This document shows positions 46,904-56,766 of a DNA stretch of 64,000 nt, one piece after another. The position numbers were made by a program, and so were the translations under genes. The notes under the pieces are model-generated. The model was not told the DNA's origin. It saw nothing but the letters and a program-made list of their open reading frames with translations, and ran no database searches. Source of the stretch: Bacillota bacterium (GTDB lineage: Bacteria; Bacillota; Sulfobacillia; Sulfobacillales; Sulfobacillaceae); NCBI GenBank assembly GCA_021806205.1, contig JAJZXX010000254.1:7120-71119 (forward strand), read 5' to 3'. How positions within the stretch are numbered: position 1 is the stretch's first letter; every line of letters starts with the position of its first letter.

Positions 46904-48094
46904 ATGAGAGTTTCACGCGTAGTAGTTTCGAGCGCGTTGGCACTGGCGACGATTGGGTTGGTGGCCGCGGGATGTGGGGCAACTGCTTCGTCGAGCGGGA
47001 GCACGTCCACGCCAGCGTCGGTTCCGAGCAGTTTTCCGAAGGCCACCCCATCAGCCGCGATTGCGGCGGGCTATGCCAACAGTCCGATTCCGATTACCCA
47101 ATCGGCGTATGCCCACTTTAAGAAGGTTAAGGGTCCTTATGTGGTTGGGTTTGCCAATTCGAACATGGGGAACACCTGGCGTGCTCAAAGTCTCAAGGAC
47201 CTGCAGTCCTTGGTTACCAAGTACAAGGCTAAAGGCGTCGTGTCGAAATTGATCGTGGCCAATGCGAACAATAGCGTGACCACACAGATTTCACAAATTC
47301 AGGACATGATTGCCGAAAAGGTGAATCTCATTTTGGTCAATGCGGCGTCTGAAACAGCGCTAAACCCCGTAATCGAGAAAGCCTACAAGGCGGGCATCGT
47401 CGTTGTCGGCTTTAATAATATTGTGAGCAGTCCCTATGCGGAAAATCGCGATATTAACCAAGCCAAGTTTGGTGCCTCCATGATGCAAGGGCTCGCACAG
47501 CTCCTGCACGGGAAGGGCAATATCGTCATGGTCGAAGGCATTGCCGGCGCTGCTGGCAGTACCATTCGCGAAAATGCTGCCGAAGCCGTTCTGAAGAAGT
47601 ACCCGAATATCCATATCGTGGCGAATGTATCCGGCGGCTGGACGGAAACAGGCGCTAAGACTGCCATGCTGCAAGTGTTGGCCACCCATCCGCAAACAAT
47701 TAATGGGATTTGGCAACAAGGTGGCATGACGATGGGCGTGATTCAGGCTCTGCAACAGGCTCACCGACCGCTCGTGCCCATTACCACCACCGGCATGAAC
47801 AATGCGATTGAGTTCTGGCACAGCCACCTGAAGTCGGGGTACAAAACGGTGGGGACTACAGACGCGCCGGGAGGTTCAGCTGTTGCCCTTCGCGTAGGCA
47901 TTCGCATCTTGGAAGGACAACATCCATTACTCAATGCCATCTTTACTAACCCACCGGTATACAACAATGCCACCATGAGTAAGTACTATACAGCGGGGGC
48001 CAGTCCGACATCGTGGATTGATCCTCCGACCCTTCAGTACATTCCGTCGGCGACTTTGTCCCAGTTCTTCTCGAACCCTAAGCCAACTCTATAG
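46904..48094 (+). CDS. Sugar ABC transporter substrate-binding lipoprotein
   Basis: Lipobox AAGC, Ser/Thr linker, and GFANSNMGNTWR / GIAG binding-protein motifs. Confidence 0.9.
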   Translation: MRVSRVVVSSALALATIGLVAAGCGATASSSGSTSTPASVPSSFPKATPSAAIAAGYANSPIPITQSAYAHFKKVKGPYVVGFANSNMGNTWRAQSLKDLQSLVTKYKAKGVVSKLIVANANNSVTTQISQIQDMIAEKVNLILVNAASETALNPVIEKAYKAGIVVVGFNNIVSSPYAENRDINQAKFGASMMQGLAQLLHGKGNIVMVEGIAGAAGSTIRENAAEAVLKKYPNIHIVANVSGGWTETGAKTAMLQVLATHPQTINGIWQQGGMTMGVIQALQQAHRPLVPITTTGMNNAIEFWHSHLKSGYKTVGTTDAPGGSAVALRVGIRILEGQHPLLNAIFTNPPVYNNATMSKYYTAGASPTSWIDPPTLQYIPSATLSQFFSNPKPTL

Positions 48095-48117
48095 GCATCA
48101 ACGAAGGAAGGAAGCCC

Positions 48118-49617
48118 ATGAATCTTCTTGACGTCAAGGATCTCAATAAATCGTTCGGGGAAACGCAAGCCTTGGCTGGTTGTTCGTTTACCTGCTCTGC
48201 GGGAGAAATCCATGGAATTGTGGGAGAGAATGGATCGGGCAAGTCCACGCTGGTTAAGATTCTCAGTGGGATATTGCAACCCGATTCGGGTCATCTATTG
48301 GTTCGCGATGCTCCCGCCCACCTTACTACGATCACACAAGCGCGGAGATTAGGTATCGTCAGTGTTCCACAAGAGATTCTGGTGGTTCCGGCTTTGTCGG
48401 TTTTAGAGAACGTCTACCTTGGGCGGGGTGGGTTATTTTCTGGCCCGCCCAAGGCAGAATTTTTGGAAACCGCCAAGCAGTTATTTTCTGAACTATCGGA
48501 GACGCCTGTTAATCTGACTGCAACGGTTGAGGATTTGCCGCTATCCAAACAGCAGCTCGTGGTCATCGTTCGAGCCCTCGTTTCGGAACCAGATATGTTG
48601 ATTTTGGACGAATCGACCTCTGCGCTAGATGTATCGGACCGCGACCGCCTCTTCGAGTTTCTTCGCGCACGTCGCAATGCGGGTAAGTCCGCGATTTTCA
48701 TTTCCCATCGGATTGATGAATTGCAAGGATTGGCGGATGTCCTGACCATTATTCGCAACGGGAAATCCGTAAAGACTCTTAATGCCCAGGAGGCGTCCGT
48801 TGATGTCGTGGTGCGATTGATGTCGGGGACCGAGCGAGTTGACTCTGCCCGAGACGCGGCGGTGGAGCCGTGGCGGTTCTTGCGCGATGCCGATGCGCAA
48901 CTGGTATTGCGAGCCGAAAACGTGGTGTTCGCGGCAAATACCCCGCCGATTAACCTGGAACTCTATAAGGGCGAAATCGTTGGATTGGCTGGTTTGGAAG
49001 GCCATGGCCAGGAACGCTTTCTACAGACGCTTGCCGGGCTTTCCCAGGTCGTGTCTGGCCACGTGGCTAAGGTGACCGGTAATGGCGAGGTGCTCATTAG
49101 AAATCTTCAGGAAGCCTACAAAGAACACGTGTCGTATGTGCCTCGTGACCGTAAGACCGAAGGCTTGTTTCTCAAACTGCCGATTATAGACAACTTTGCG
49201 ATGCCACTGTATTCGGGGCTCATCCGGCGTGGCGAAATGACCAAGCTGCTGCAGGGCTTTAAGGAAAAGTTGAGCATGCGATTTGACAACGAACACCAAG
49301 AGGTTCGGTCATTAAGTGGGGGGAACCAGCAAAAAGTCGTGCTCAGCCGGTGGTTGGCCACCAGACCGGAAGTGCTCTTGCTGAACGATCCGACCCGGGG
49401 TGTTGATATCCCGACCAAACACGATTTGTATCGCCTGTTTAGGGACCAGGCCCAGTCGAATGTCGCGATTGTTTTGCTTTCTACGGATTTGCAGGAGCTC
49501 ATAGAACTCTGTGACAGAGTGCTCGTGTTTCGCGATGGTCAATTGTTCTCGGAACTGGATCGCCAAGTTCTGGAACGTGAGCGTTTGATGTCTGCCATGT
49601 TTGGGAAGGCGGTGTAG
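48118..49617 (+). CDS. Sugar ABC transporter ATP-binding protein (two-domain, RbsA-like)
   Basis: GENGSGKST, LSGGNQQK and DPTRGVD. Confidence 0.93.
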   Translation: MNLLDVKDLNKSFGETQALAGCSFTCSAGEIHGIVGENGSGKSTLVKILSGILQPDSGHLLVRDAPAHLTTITQARRLGIVSVPQEILVVPALSVLENVYLGRGGLFSGPPKAEFLETAKQLFSELSETPVNLTATVEDLPLSKQQLVVIVRALVSEPDMLILDESTSALDVSDRDRLFEFLRARRNAGKSAIFISHRIDELQGLADVLTIIRNGKSVKTLNAQEASVDVVVRLMSGTERVDSARDAAVEPWRFLRDADAQLVLRAENVVFAANTPPINLELYKGEIVGLAGLEGHGQERFLQTLAGLSQVVSGHVAKVTGNGEVLIRNLQEAYKEHVSYVPRDRKTEGLFLKLPIIDNFAMPLYSGLIRRGEMTKLLQGFKEKLSMRFDNEHQEVRSLSGGNQQKVVLSRWLATRPEVLLLNDPTRGVDIPTKHDLYRLFRDQAQSNVAIVLLSTDLQELIELCDRVLVFRDGQLFSELDRQVLERERLMSAMFGKAV

Positions 49618-49619
49618 CC

Positions 49620-50621
49620 ATGGCAACGTCTCATCTTCAAGTGCCCCAGTCTACGTCTGATCCCGTTGGTCTGCACCGATTGTCCTTCAAGAAGCTTCCC
49701 TATATGTGGGTCGCGATCATCTTGTTCGTAATTTTGGCGACACTTAATACGATCGCGGAACCAAACTTGTGGTCGATCGCCGTACTAGGAGGAACGGTCG
49801 CGTCGGCGGCCCCATTGGTACTGGTCGCATTGGCGGAAACACCGGCGATCTTGATGGGGAATGGCTCGTTAGACATCTCGGTGGGGCCTCTCATGAGTGT
49901 GGTCAACGTGGTTGTCATCCTGTTAATTGGACGGAACCTTTCGTCACCCTGGGATGTAGTGGGCGTGGCCCTTCTAATCGGGTTGGCTTCGGGGTTGCTT
50001 AACGGGGTGTTCGTGGGATGGCTGCGCATTCAACCCATTGTGGTCACATTTGCGACCTATACAATATATTCCGGTCTTGCTACCCACCTACTACCTCAAC
50101 CGGGGGGTTCCATTCCCACATGGTTGTCGAATTGGACCGGATCGATCGGCCCCGTCCCGACTAGCCTGATCGTCATTCTTGCGGCCGCCGCACTGTGGGT
50201 AAGCCTTTCTAAGACCCGATTTGTCCGGGGCATTTACGCTATCGGGGGTGACGAGCGCGCCAGCTATGTGAGTGGGGTACCGATTGTAGCGGTGCGTATT
50301 ATGGCCTTTATGTTCACAGGGCTTTTGACATCGGTGGCTGCGCTGATGCTGACGGCGGAGATTGCGTCGGGTGACGGCAATATTGGGACACCCTTTACGC
50401 TCATGGCCATTACCGCAGTGGCTTTGGGCGGAACCAGTTTGCTGGGGGGGCGGGGTGGCATTTTAGGGTCAATCATCGGGGCATTTGATGTATTTTTCAT
50501 CAACAATGTTATAACGGTATCACATCTTTCGGTGTATTGGCAGGATGTGGCTTACGGAACGATTCTAATGGCGGCCATCGTTATTAATGCGGTGACATCG
50601 CGGACCAGGAGGGCGGTCTAA
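49620..50621 (+). CDS. Sugar ABC transporter permease
   Basis: LDISVG and LGGTSLLGGRG. Confidence 0.92.
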   Translation: MATSHLQVPQSTSDPVGLHRLSFKKLPYMWVAIILFVILATLNTIAEPNLWSIAVLGGTVASAAPLVLVALAETPAILMGNGSLDISVGPLMSVVNVVVILLIGRNLSSPWDVVGVALLIGLASGLLNGVFVGWLRIQPIVVTFATYTIYSGLATHLLPQPGGSIPTWLSNWTGSIGPVPTSLIVILAAAALWVSLSKTRFVRGIYAIGGDERASYVSGVPIVAVRIMAFMFTGLLTSVAALMLTAEIASGDGNIGTPFTLMAITAVALGGTSLLGGRGGILGSIIGAFDVFFINNVITVSHLSVYWQDVAYGTILMAAIVINAVTSRTRRAV

Positions 50622-51610
50622 TGGTGAGGATCGACGGGAGACGACCCCCTTTTTTGACACAAGTTAATCGATCCCGGGCCATCTGGATTTCGTATGCGCT
50701 GGTAATTTTGTTATTCCTGGCGGGCAGCGTGACGATAGCGGGATTTTCAAAGCCGTCGAGCGTCCTTTCCATGCTGGTCCTGGCTTCCTTTACAGGAATC
50801 GCTGCCATGGGTCAGAACCTGGCACTGTTATTAGGCGGGATCGACATGTCGATACCCTACATCATTACGATGGCGGACATTTTGATCCCCTATTTTTCCA
50901 ATTTGCACCTGCCTTTTATTGCAAGTTTAGCTATCGTATTGGCCATTGCGGTCGTGGTGGGGGTTGCCAATGGCTTCTTGTCCGCGGTACTGCGCTTGCA
51001 TCCATTGATTATTACCCTGGGGACAGGTTACATCGTGGATGGCGCGATGTACGTGCTGACCCAGGGGGTGCCCTCTGGATCGGCTCCACCGTTTCTTGTC
51101 TCTATGGTCTCTTTGGGTAGCCACGCATTTGGCTTTCATTTTCCACCGGTCATATTGGCCTGGATTGTCCTGGCGGGCATTTTAATCTGGGGCCTTCGCG
51201 GCACGAAGTGGGGGCGACAAATCTATGCGGTGGGTGCAAACGTCAAGGCGGCAGAATTGAGCCTGGTCAGTCGTGTGAAAGTGTGGACCTATGCTTATGT
51301 ATCGTCTGCCATTCTGGCAGCGTTAGCGGGGGTTCTATTGTCCGGTTTCTCCGGAAGCGGATATTTTGGCATCGGCAACCCGTACCTCTTCATTTCGGTT
51401 GGAGCCGTGGCGATTGGCGGCACAAGCCTCTTAGGAGGTTCAGGAAGCTACGTGGGCACGATTGCCGGCGTGTTGGCGTTGACGGAAATTTCTTCGATGC
51501 TTATTGGTTTTAACATTGGACCGTCCCGCCAAGAGATCTTTTATGGCCTCATTGTTCTCCTTATGATTACCGTTTATGGGCGGGATCCCCATGTGAAAAA
51601 TCGCTTGTGA
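50621..51610 (+). CDS. Sugar ABC transporter permease
   Basis: GGIDMSI and IGGTSLLGGSG. Confidence 0.92.
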   Translation: MVRIDGRRPPFLTQVNRSRAIWISYALVILLFLAGSVTIAGFSKPSSVLSMLVLASFTGIAAMGQNLALLLGGIDMSIPYIITMADILIPYFSNLHLPFIASLAIVLAIAVVVGVANGFLSAVLRLHPLIITLGTGYIVDGAMYVLTQGVPSGSAPPFLVSMVSLGSHAFGFHFPPVILAWIVLAGILIWGLRGTKWGRQIYAVGANVKAAELSLVSRVKVWTYAYVSSAILAALAGVLLSGFSGSGYFGIGNPYLFISVGAVAIGGTSLLGGSGSYVGTIAGVLALTEISSMLIGFNIGPSRQEIFYGLIVLLMITVYGRDPHVKNRL

Positions 51611-51672
51611 CGACCTGGGGCGAAGTTGGTTTTTGAGGATGAATCACTTTGAGCCATCGGCAAGAAAGGCGG

Positions 51673-52332
51673 ATGTACTTCATGAGAAGCCACTTTGACA
51701 TTTCTTTACCCATCCATGAAGGATTGGTCACCTATGAAGGCAATCCGGCCCCAGCCCGTGAATGGCTCACGCATCTCGAAAAAGGCGATGCGGCTACGGT
51801 GTCGCATTGGGCCATCGGGGCCCATGCCGGAACCCACGTTGATGCCCCTTCCCATTTCTTAGCGTCAGGGGCCAGCGTCGATGAGCTGCCCTGGGACCAT
51901 TTCTGTCGCCCGGTCTATGTTTACGACTGCGAAGGTACGTCGCTGATTGATGGCGCAGTAATTGACCGCATGTGCCGGGACGTTGTCGTGGATTGGTCGC
52001 GGACCGGTGTATTATTCCACACCAGCAACTCGGCTAACTTGACCAAGCCATTTCATTCCCAATTCGTCGCTCTGAATGCGTCGGGCGCTCAAGCCGTGGT
52101 GGACCACAATATTCCGTTGGTGGGGATTGATTATCTCAGTATTGAGGCTTTTGGAAACCCGTTGTTCCCGGTCCATAAAATCCTTCTGTCGCGCAACGTG
52201 GCTATTATTGAAGGGTTGGACTTAAGCGGGGTTGGCGCGGGCCCATACGAACTCCAGTGCTTGCCCATAAAGCTTATGGGGGCCGATGGAGCCCCCGCCC
52301 GGGCCGTCTTGCATCGGGAGGTAGGTCAATAA
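51673..52332 (+). CDS. Cyclase family metal-dependent hydrolase (KynB-like)
   Basis: HAGTHVDAPSH, GIDYLS and DGAPARA motifs. Confidence 0.9.
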   Translation: MYFMRSHFDISLPIHEGLVTYEGNPAPAREWLTHLEKGDAATVSHWAIGAHAGTHVDAPSHFLASGASVDELPWDHFCRPVYVYDCEGTSLIDGAVIDRMCRDVVVDWSRTGVLFHTSNSANLTKPFHSQFVALNASGAQAVVDHNIPLVGIDYLSIEAFGNPLFPVHKILLSRNVAIIEGLDLSGVGAGPYELQCLPIKLMGADGAPARAVLHREVGQ

Positions 52333-52335
52333 ATA

Positions 52336-53415
52336 ATGGAAGCTATTGTTTGGCACGGTCGACGCGATGTGCGTTGGGAGGAAGTCCCCGAGTCGCGCGT
52401 CCCTGGGGTGGGCGAAGTTCGCGTGCGAGTCGCATTTGCAGGAATCTGCGGTACCGACTTGGAGGAATATCTTGATGGCCCTATTTACATTCCGGTGGAT
52501 GCGCCCCATTCTTTGACAGGTCGACAGGCCCCGCTCATCTTGGGCCATGAATTTTCTGGCGTGGTGGATGTGGTGGGGGAAGGAGTTTCGACCCTTGCGG
52601 TCGGAGACCATGTGGCCGGCGACTGTTTAATATATTGTCAGCATTGTCCTGAGTGCCGGAGCGGGCGCTTTAACTTATGTGCGAATTTAGGTGCATTGGG
52701 CCAGATGGCTGACGGGGGACTCGCCGAATTTGTCACCGGCCCCGCCTATAGCTTCGTGAAGGTCCCGGACCCGGTGCCGCTGGATCACGCGGCTCTGGCC
52801 GAGCCGCTGGCCGTAGCCGTACGGGGGGTGAGCCGCACCAACCTGGAACCGGGCGATGGTGTGCTCGTTACGGGCGCAGGTACGATTGGCCTATTCGTCC
52901 TTCAGGTGGCGCAGCGTCGGGGGGCGGGGTCGGTCACCGTGGTCGAGCCCCATAGGGGTCGCCGGGAACTTGCTGAACGCCTGGGCGCGAGTGTGGCGGT
53001 GCCCTCACTCAAAGAACTTTCCGCCAGCGAAAGGTTTGATTGTGCGGTTGAGTGTACCGGTCGGCCTGACGCGCAACGGGGTGCGATCGCGCTCATTCGC
53101 CCCAAAGGACGGGTGGTGCTGGTGGGTATTCCAACAGAGTCTACGTGTTTGGACACATTGATGATGATTAACGGGGAGAAGGAAATTGTTGGGTCACTGA
53201 GTCATTTGGCTTTGGACGATTTTGCTGCGGGTGTCGCCCTCATGAGTCAGGGAGACGTTCAAGTGGACCCCTTGATTTCGCGCCGCTATCCCTTGCGAGA
53301 GGGTGTGCGCGCTCTAGAGGCGCTGCAGCACCCCGAAGACGATTTAGTGAAGATCTTGTTAGTTCCGGGCACAGGCGAACCGGTCCAGAGGATAAAGGGA
53401 GGTGAAAACAGTTAG
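52336..53415 (+). CDS. Zn-dependent dehydrogenase (2,3-butanediol/sorbitol dehydrogenase-like)
   Basis: GICGTDLEEY, GHEFSG, structural Zn cysteines and GAGTIG. Confidence 0.9.
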   Translation: MEAIVWHGRRDVRWEEVPESRVPGVGEVRVRVAFAGICGTDLEEYLDGPIYIPVDAPHSLTGRQAPLILGHEFSGVVDVVGEGVSTLAVGDHVAGDCLIYCQHCPECRSGRFNLCANLGALGQMADGGLAEFVTGPAYSFVKVPDPVPLDHAALAEPLAVAVRGVSRTNLEPGDGVLVTGAGTIGLFVLQVAQRRGAGSVTVVEPHRGRRELAERLGASVAVPSLKELSASERFDCAVECTGRPDAQRGAIALIRPKGRVVLVGIPTESTCLDTLMMINGEKEIVGSLSHLALDDFAAGVALMSQGDVQVDPLISRRYPLREGVRALEALQHPEDDLVKILLVPGTGEPVQRIKGGENS

Positions 53416-54181
53416 CGTGGACGAGCACCTGCCAATTTCAGTGAAATCTTTACGGAATGAGGCCCGAGACAAACTGCGTCGATGGATTATGGCCGGCCAG
53501 ATTCAACCGGGTGAACGCATAATCGAAACCGATATTGCGCGCCAGTTCGGCACCAGTCAGGGTCCCATCCGGGAGGCATTGGCCAGACTGGAAGAAGATG
53601 GGTTAGTCCGTCGGCTTCCCTATAAGGGTACCTATGCCACGGAGATTATCCCACAGGAGATCTACCATACTTTTCGTCTCAGGGCGCAAATCGAGTGTAA
53701 TGGTTTAGAGTTGACCATGGGTCGCATGACCGATCAGCAACGGTATGATCTGGCAGATATTGTGGATCAAATGCGTCAGGCGGCCACTGAGCACAAGGAC
53801 GACTACTTTCATCAAGCGCAGTTGGATATGGCGTTTCACGGCCATCTTATTGACTGGACTGGCGTACGGGTCTACCAGCGTGCCTGGCACTCGTTGGAAT
53901 CTTCCATCCAGCGGTTTCTAAACATCGTCCACCCGTCGTTCTTTGCGAATAATCGAGGGATGGTCATCCAGCAGCATGTGGAACTTTTGAGCATTTTTCA
54001 ATCGGGAAATGTGGACCGGGCCAAAACCGCGATGCGCGAGCATATCATGTTGATTTGGGACAAAATGGGCCCGGAATTGCTGGGAACAGACCGGATTGAT
54101 CCTAAGCGCGTCCGCAGTTTAGATGTTGCCGATCCGGATGGGGACGAAGCGTCTTCTGATGAAGCGCCCGTTCGATTGTAG
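53402..54181 (+). CDS. GntR/FCD family transcriptional regulator
   Basis: IARQFGTSQGPIREALARLEEDGLV HTH; FCD domain. Confidence 0.92.
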   Translation: MKTVSVDEHLPISVKSLRNEARDKLRRWIMAGQIQPGERIIETDIARQFGTSQGPIREALARLEEDGLVRRLPYKGTYATEIIPQEIYHTFRLRAQIECNGLELTMGRMTDQQRYDLADIVDQMRQAATEHKDDYFHQAQLDMAFHGHLIDWTGVRVYQRAWHSLESSIQRFLNIVHPSFFANNRGMVIQQHVELLSIFQSGNVDRAKTAMREHIMLIWDKMGPELLGTDRIDPKRVRSLDVADPDGDEASSDEAPVRL

Positions 54182-54222
54182 ACATTGAGAGCGCGGTGCG
54201 AAGCGTCGGAGGAGGAGTAACA

Positions 54223-55452
54223 TTGAAAATCACGCGGGTCGCAACGGCTGTGGTCGAGGCGAATTTTGACTGGACTATCATCCGTGTCGAGACCGACAAT
54301 GGCATGGTGGGGTGGGGTGAGGCATTTTTCGCACCGGGACTGACCTCCACCCTTAGAGAGTTGGGTGAGTTCATTCGAGGTCGCGATCCGCGCGACATCG
54401 AACCGATTCGCCGAGACATGGCGCAGGCGGCTTCTGCAGCTGGGGCGGGCGGTCAAGTGCATCACGCCATTACAGGTATTGAGGCGGCATTGTGGGATAT
54501 TCTCGGTCAGCACCTAAAGGCACCATTATGGCAAGTCTGGGGTGGGAAATTTCGTGACCACGTCGCCATTTATTGCGATTGCCATGGAGGGGATGCGCTC
54601 GAGAGTTTAGATAGCCTCTTACAACCACGGGAATTGGAGTGGGATAAAAGTCGCAGTCAGTGGAACGCGCAGCCTGGCACGGCTACCCGTGATGTCCTGG
54701 CCGAATATACAGCCGAAGCCTATGTGAAAAAGGCTTTGCAACAGGTGGAAAAAGGATTCACGTTTCTCAAATTTGACCTGGACATTCCCAATCCATACAG
54801 CCTCGATCGGTACCATCGGCGATTAAGTGTAGCCGAAGTCCCCTATTTGGCTCAGTTGATGGTAGATGTTCGCCACGCTATAGGGACCGAAGTCGAGTTG
54901 GCGGTCGACTGTCACTGGAAATTCTCGCCGGATTCAAGTATTCAGTTGGCGCGGGCATTAGAGCCGGCCCAATTAGCCTGGCTGGAAGATCCGGTCCCCC
55001 CGTACAACCTGGACGCATTAAAATATGTTCGCGACCACAGCCCTGTTCCTATTTTGAGCGGCGAGAATCTCTATGGAAGCCATGAATTTCGGTCATTATT
55101 CGAGCGTCAGGCGGTTGCCATTGTCGCGCCTGATTTTCAAAAAGTTGGTGGACTGGCAGAAGGACGCAGCATTTGCCACCTGGCGGACCAGTACTTCTTG
55201 CCGGTAGCACCGCATAACATCGCGAGTCCCATCGGCACCATGGCCTCTGTTCACATTGCTGCGTCTATCCCCAACTTTCTTGCACTGGAATGGCACTCCT
55301 CCGACGTGCCTTTTTGGTCCGATATGATTCACGACGGGGATCTTATTCACCAAGGTCTGATCGCAGTGCCTTCTCGACCGGGGTTGGGTGTCACTCCTAA
55401 CGAGCACACCATGCGGCTTTACGCGAAGCCTGGAGAGCCTTTTTTTGAGTAG
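54223..55452 (+). CDS. Mandelate racemase/muconate lactonizing enzyme family (acid-sugar dehydratase-like)
   Basis: ALWDI.G, LKFDLD, DCH, WLEDP, GENL and APHN motifs; TTG start after GGAGGAG. Confidence 0.9.
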   Translation: MKITRVATAVVEANFDWTIIRVETDNGMVGWGEAFFAPGLTSTLRELGEFIRGRDPRDIEPIRRDMAQAASAAGAGGQVHHAITGIEAALWDILGQHLKAPLWQVWGGKFRDHVAIYCDCHGGDALESLDSLLQPRELEWDKSRSQWNAQPGTATRDVLAEYTAEAYVKKALQQVEKGFTFLKFDLDIPNPYSLDRYHRRLSVAEVPYLAQLMVDVRHAIGTEVELAVDCHWKFSPDSSIQLARALEPAQLAWLEDPVPPYNLDALKYVRDHSPVPILSGENLYGSHEFRSLFERQAVAIVAPDFQKVGGLAEGRSICHLADQYFLPVAPHNIASPIGTMASVHIAASIPNFLALEWHSSDVPFWSDMIHDGDLIHQGLIAVPSRPGLGVTPNEHTMRLYAKPGEPFFE

Positions 55453-55484
55453 TACCACCTTGTTCTGGGGAGGACGCGAACTCG

Positions 55485-56714
55485 ATGCACATTTCCGCAG
55501 TAGAAACCATAAGACTGGGGGAATTCCCTAATCTCTGTTTTGTGCGAGTGCACACCGACCAGGGCTTGATTGGCTTGGGTGAGACGTACTTTGGAGCCGA
55601 GGCGGTGTCGGCTTGGGTACACGAGAATGCAGCGCCTACGCTGTTGGGAGCGGACCCGCTGGCGATTGAACGACACTGGCAAAATCTTGTGGGATTTGTG
55701 GGTTCTCGCAGCACTGGGGTGGAGAACCGCGGGCGATCTGCCGTGGATATTGCGCTCTGGGACCTCTTGGGGCAGGTGACTGGACAGCCGATCTACCAAC
55801 TTTTGGGTGGATCGATGCGCGATTGTATCCCCGTCTATAATACTTGTGCCGGGTACCATTATGTGCAAAAAGTTCCGAAAAATGCCCATTTGCCGGTGGG
55901 GAACTGGGGGGAGGGACTAGCGCGAGGCCCTTACGAGGATCTAGAAGGGTTTTTATATCATGCGGATGAATTGGCCCAGAGCCTTCGGGACGAAGGCTTT
56001 ATGGGCATGAAAATTTGGCCCTTTGATATGGCCGCCGAAAAAACCGGGGGGCATGGCATCAGTGGTGAGGATCTTTCCAAAGCGATCGAGCCCTTCGAAA
56101 AAATCCGACGCGCCGTGGGCGATGAGATAGAAATCATGGTGGAGATGCATTCTCTATGGGATCTGCCCACCGCCAAGCGCATTGCCCAGGCGTTGGAACC
56201 CTTCAGACCCTATTGGTTTGAGGATCCGATCCGTATGGATAGCGCTAGGAGTTTACGGGAGTTTGCCCGGTCCACCCGTGTCCCGGTGGCGGCCAGCGAA
56301 ACCCTGGGCACTCGAACGGGCTACCGTGATGTGCTGGAACAGCACGCCGCGGGCGTCGTTATCTTCGATCCTACCTGGACCGGGGGTATTTCCGAGTCCA
56401 AACGGATTGCATCACTAGCAGAGGCGTATGAGATCCCGATAGCGCCCCACGACTGTGTGGGCCCCGTGTCCTTGGCCGTCGATGTGCATCTGTCGGCCCA
56501 TTTGCCCAACACGTTGGTGCAAGAAGTGGTCCGCGCATTTTATAGCGGCTGGTATCAAGATTTGGTCACAGAACTGCCGCGACTCATTTCCGGGTATATC
56601 TACCCGCTGACGGGTCCGGGACTCGGCCTTCAATTGCAACCCGACGTACTCAGACGAAAAGATGCGAGCATCCGGCGGTCGAGTGCCGGCGGCGCGGCTT
56701 GCAAATCACTCTAA
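55485..56714 (+). CDS. Mandelate racemase/muconate lactonizing enzyme family (acid-sugar dehydratase-like)
   Basis: DIALWDL.G, YNTCAG, MKIWPFD, WFEDP, SETL and APHDC motifs. Confidence 0.9.
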   Translation: MHISAVETIRLGEFPNLCFVRVHTDQGLIGLGETYFGAEAVSAWVHENAAPTLLGADPLAIERHWQNLVGFVGSRSTGVENRGRSAVDIALWDLLGQVTGQPIYQLLGGSMRDCIPVYNTCAGYHYVQKVPKNAHLPVGNWGEGLARGPYEDLEGFLYHADELAQSLRDEGFMGMKIWPFDMAAEKTGGHGISGEDLSKAIEPFEKIRRAVGDEIEIMVEMHSLWDLPTAKRIAQALEPFRPYWFEDPIRMDSARSLREFARSTRVPVAASETLGTRTGYRDVLEQHAAGVVIFDPTWTGGISESKRIASLAEAYEIPIAPHDCVGPVSLAVDVHLSAHLPNTLVQEVVRAFYSGWYQDLVTELPRLISGYIYPLTGPGLGLQLQPDVLRRKDASIRRSSAGGAACKSL

Positions 56715-56766
56715 TTAGAGTCCATACCAGACCGCGATGATGAAATCATACGAGAGGGCGGACGCA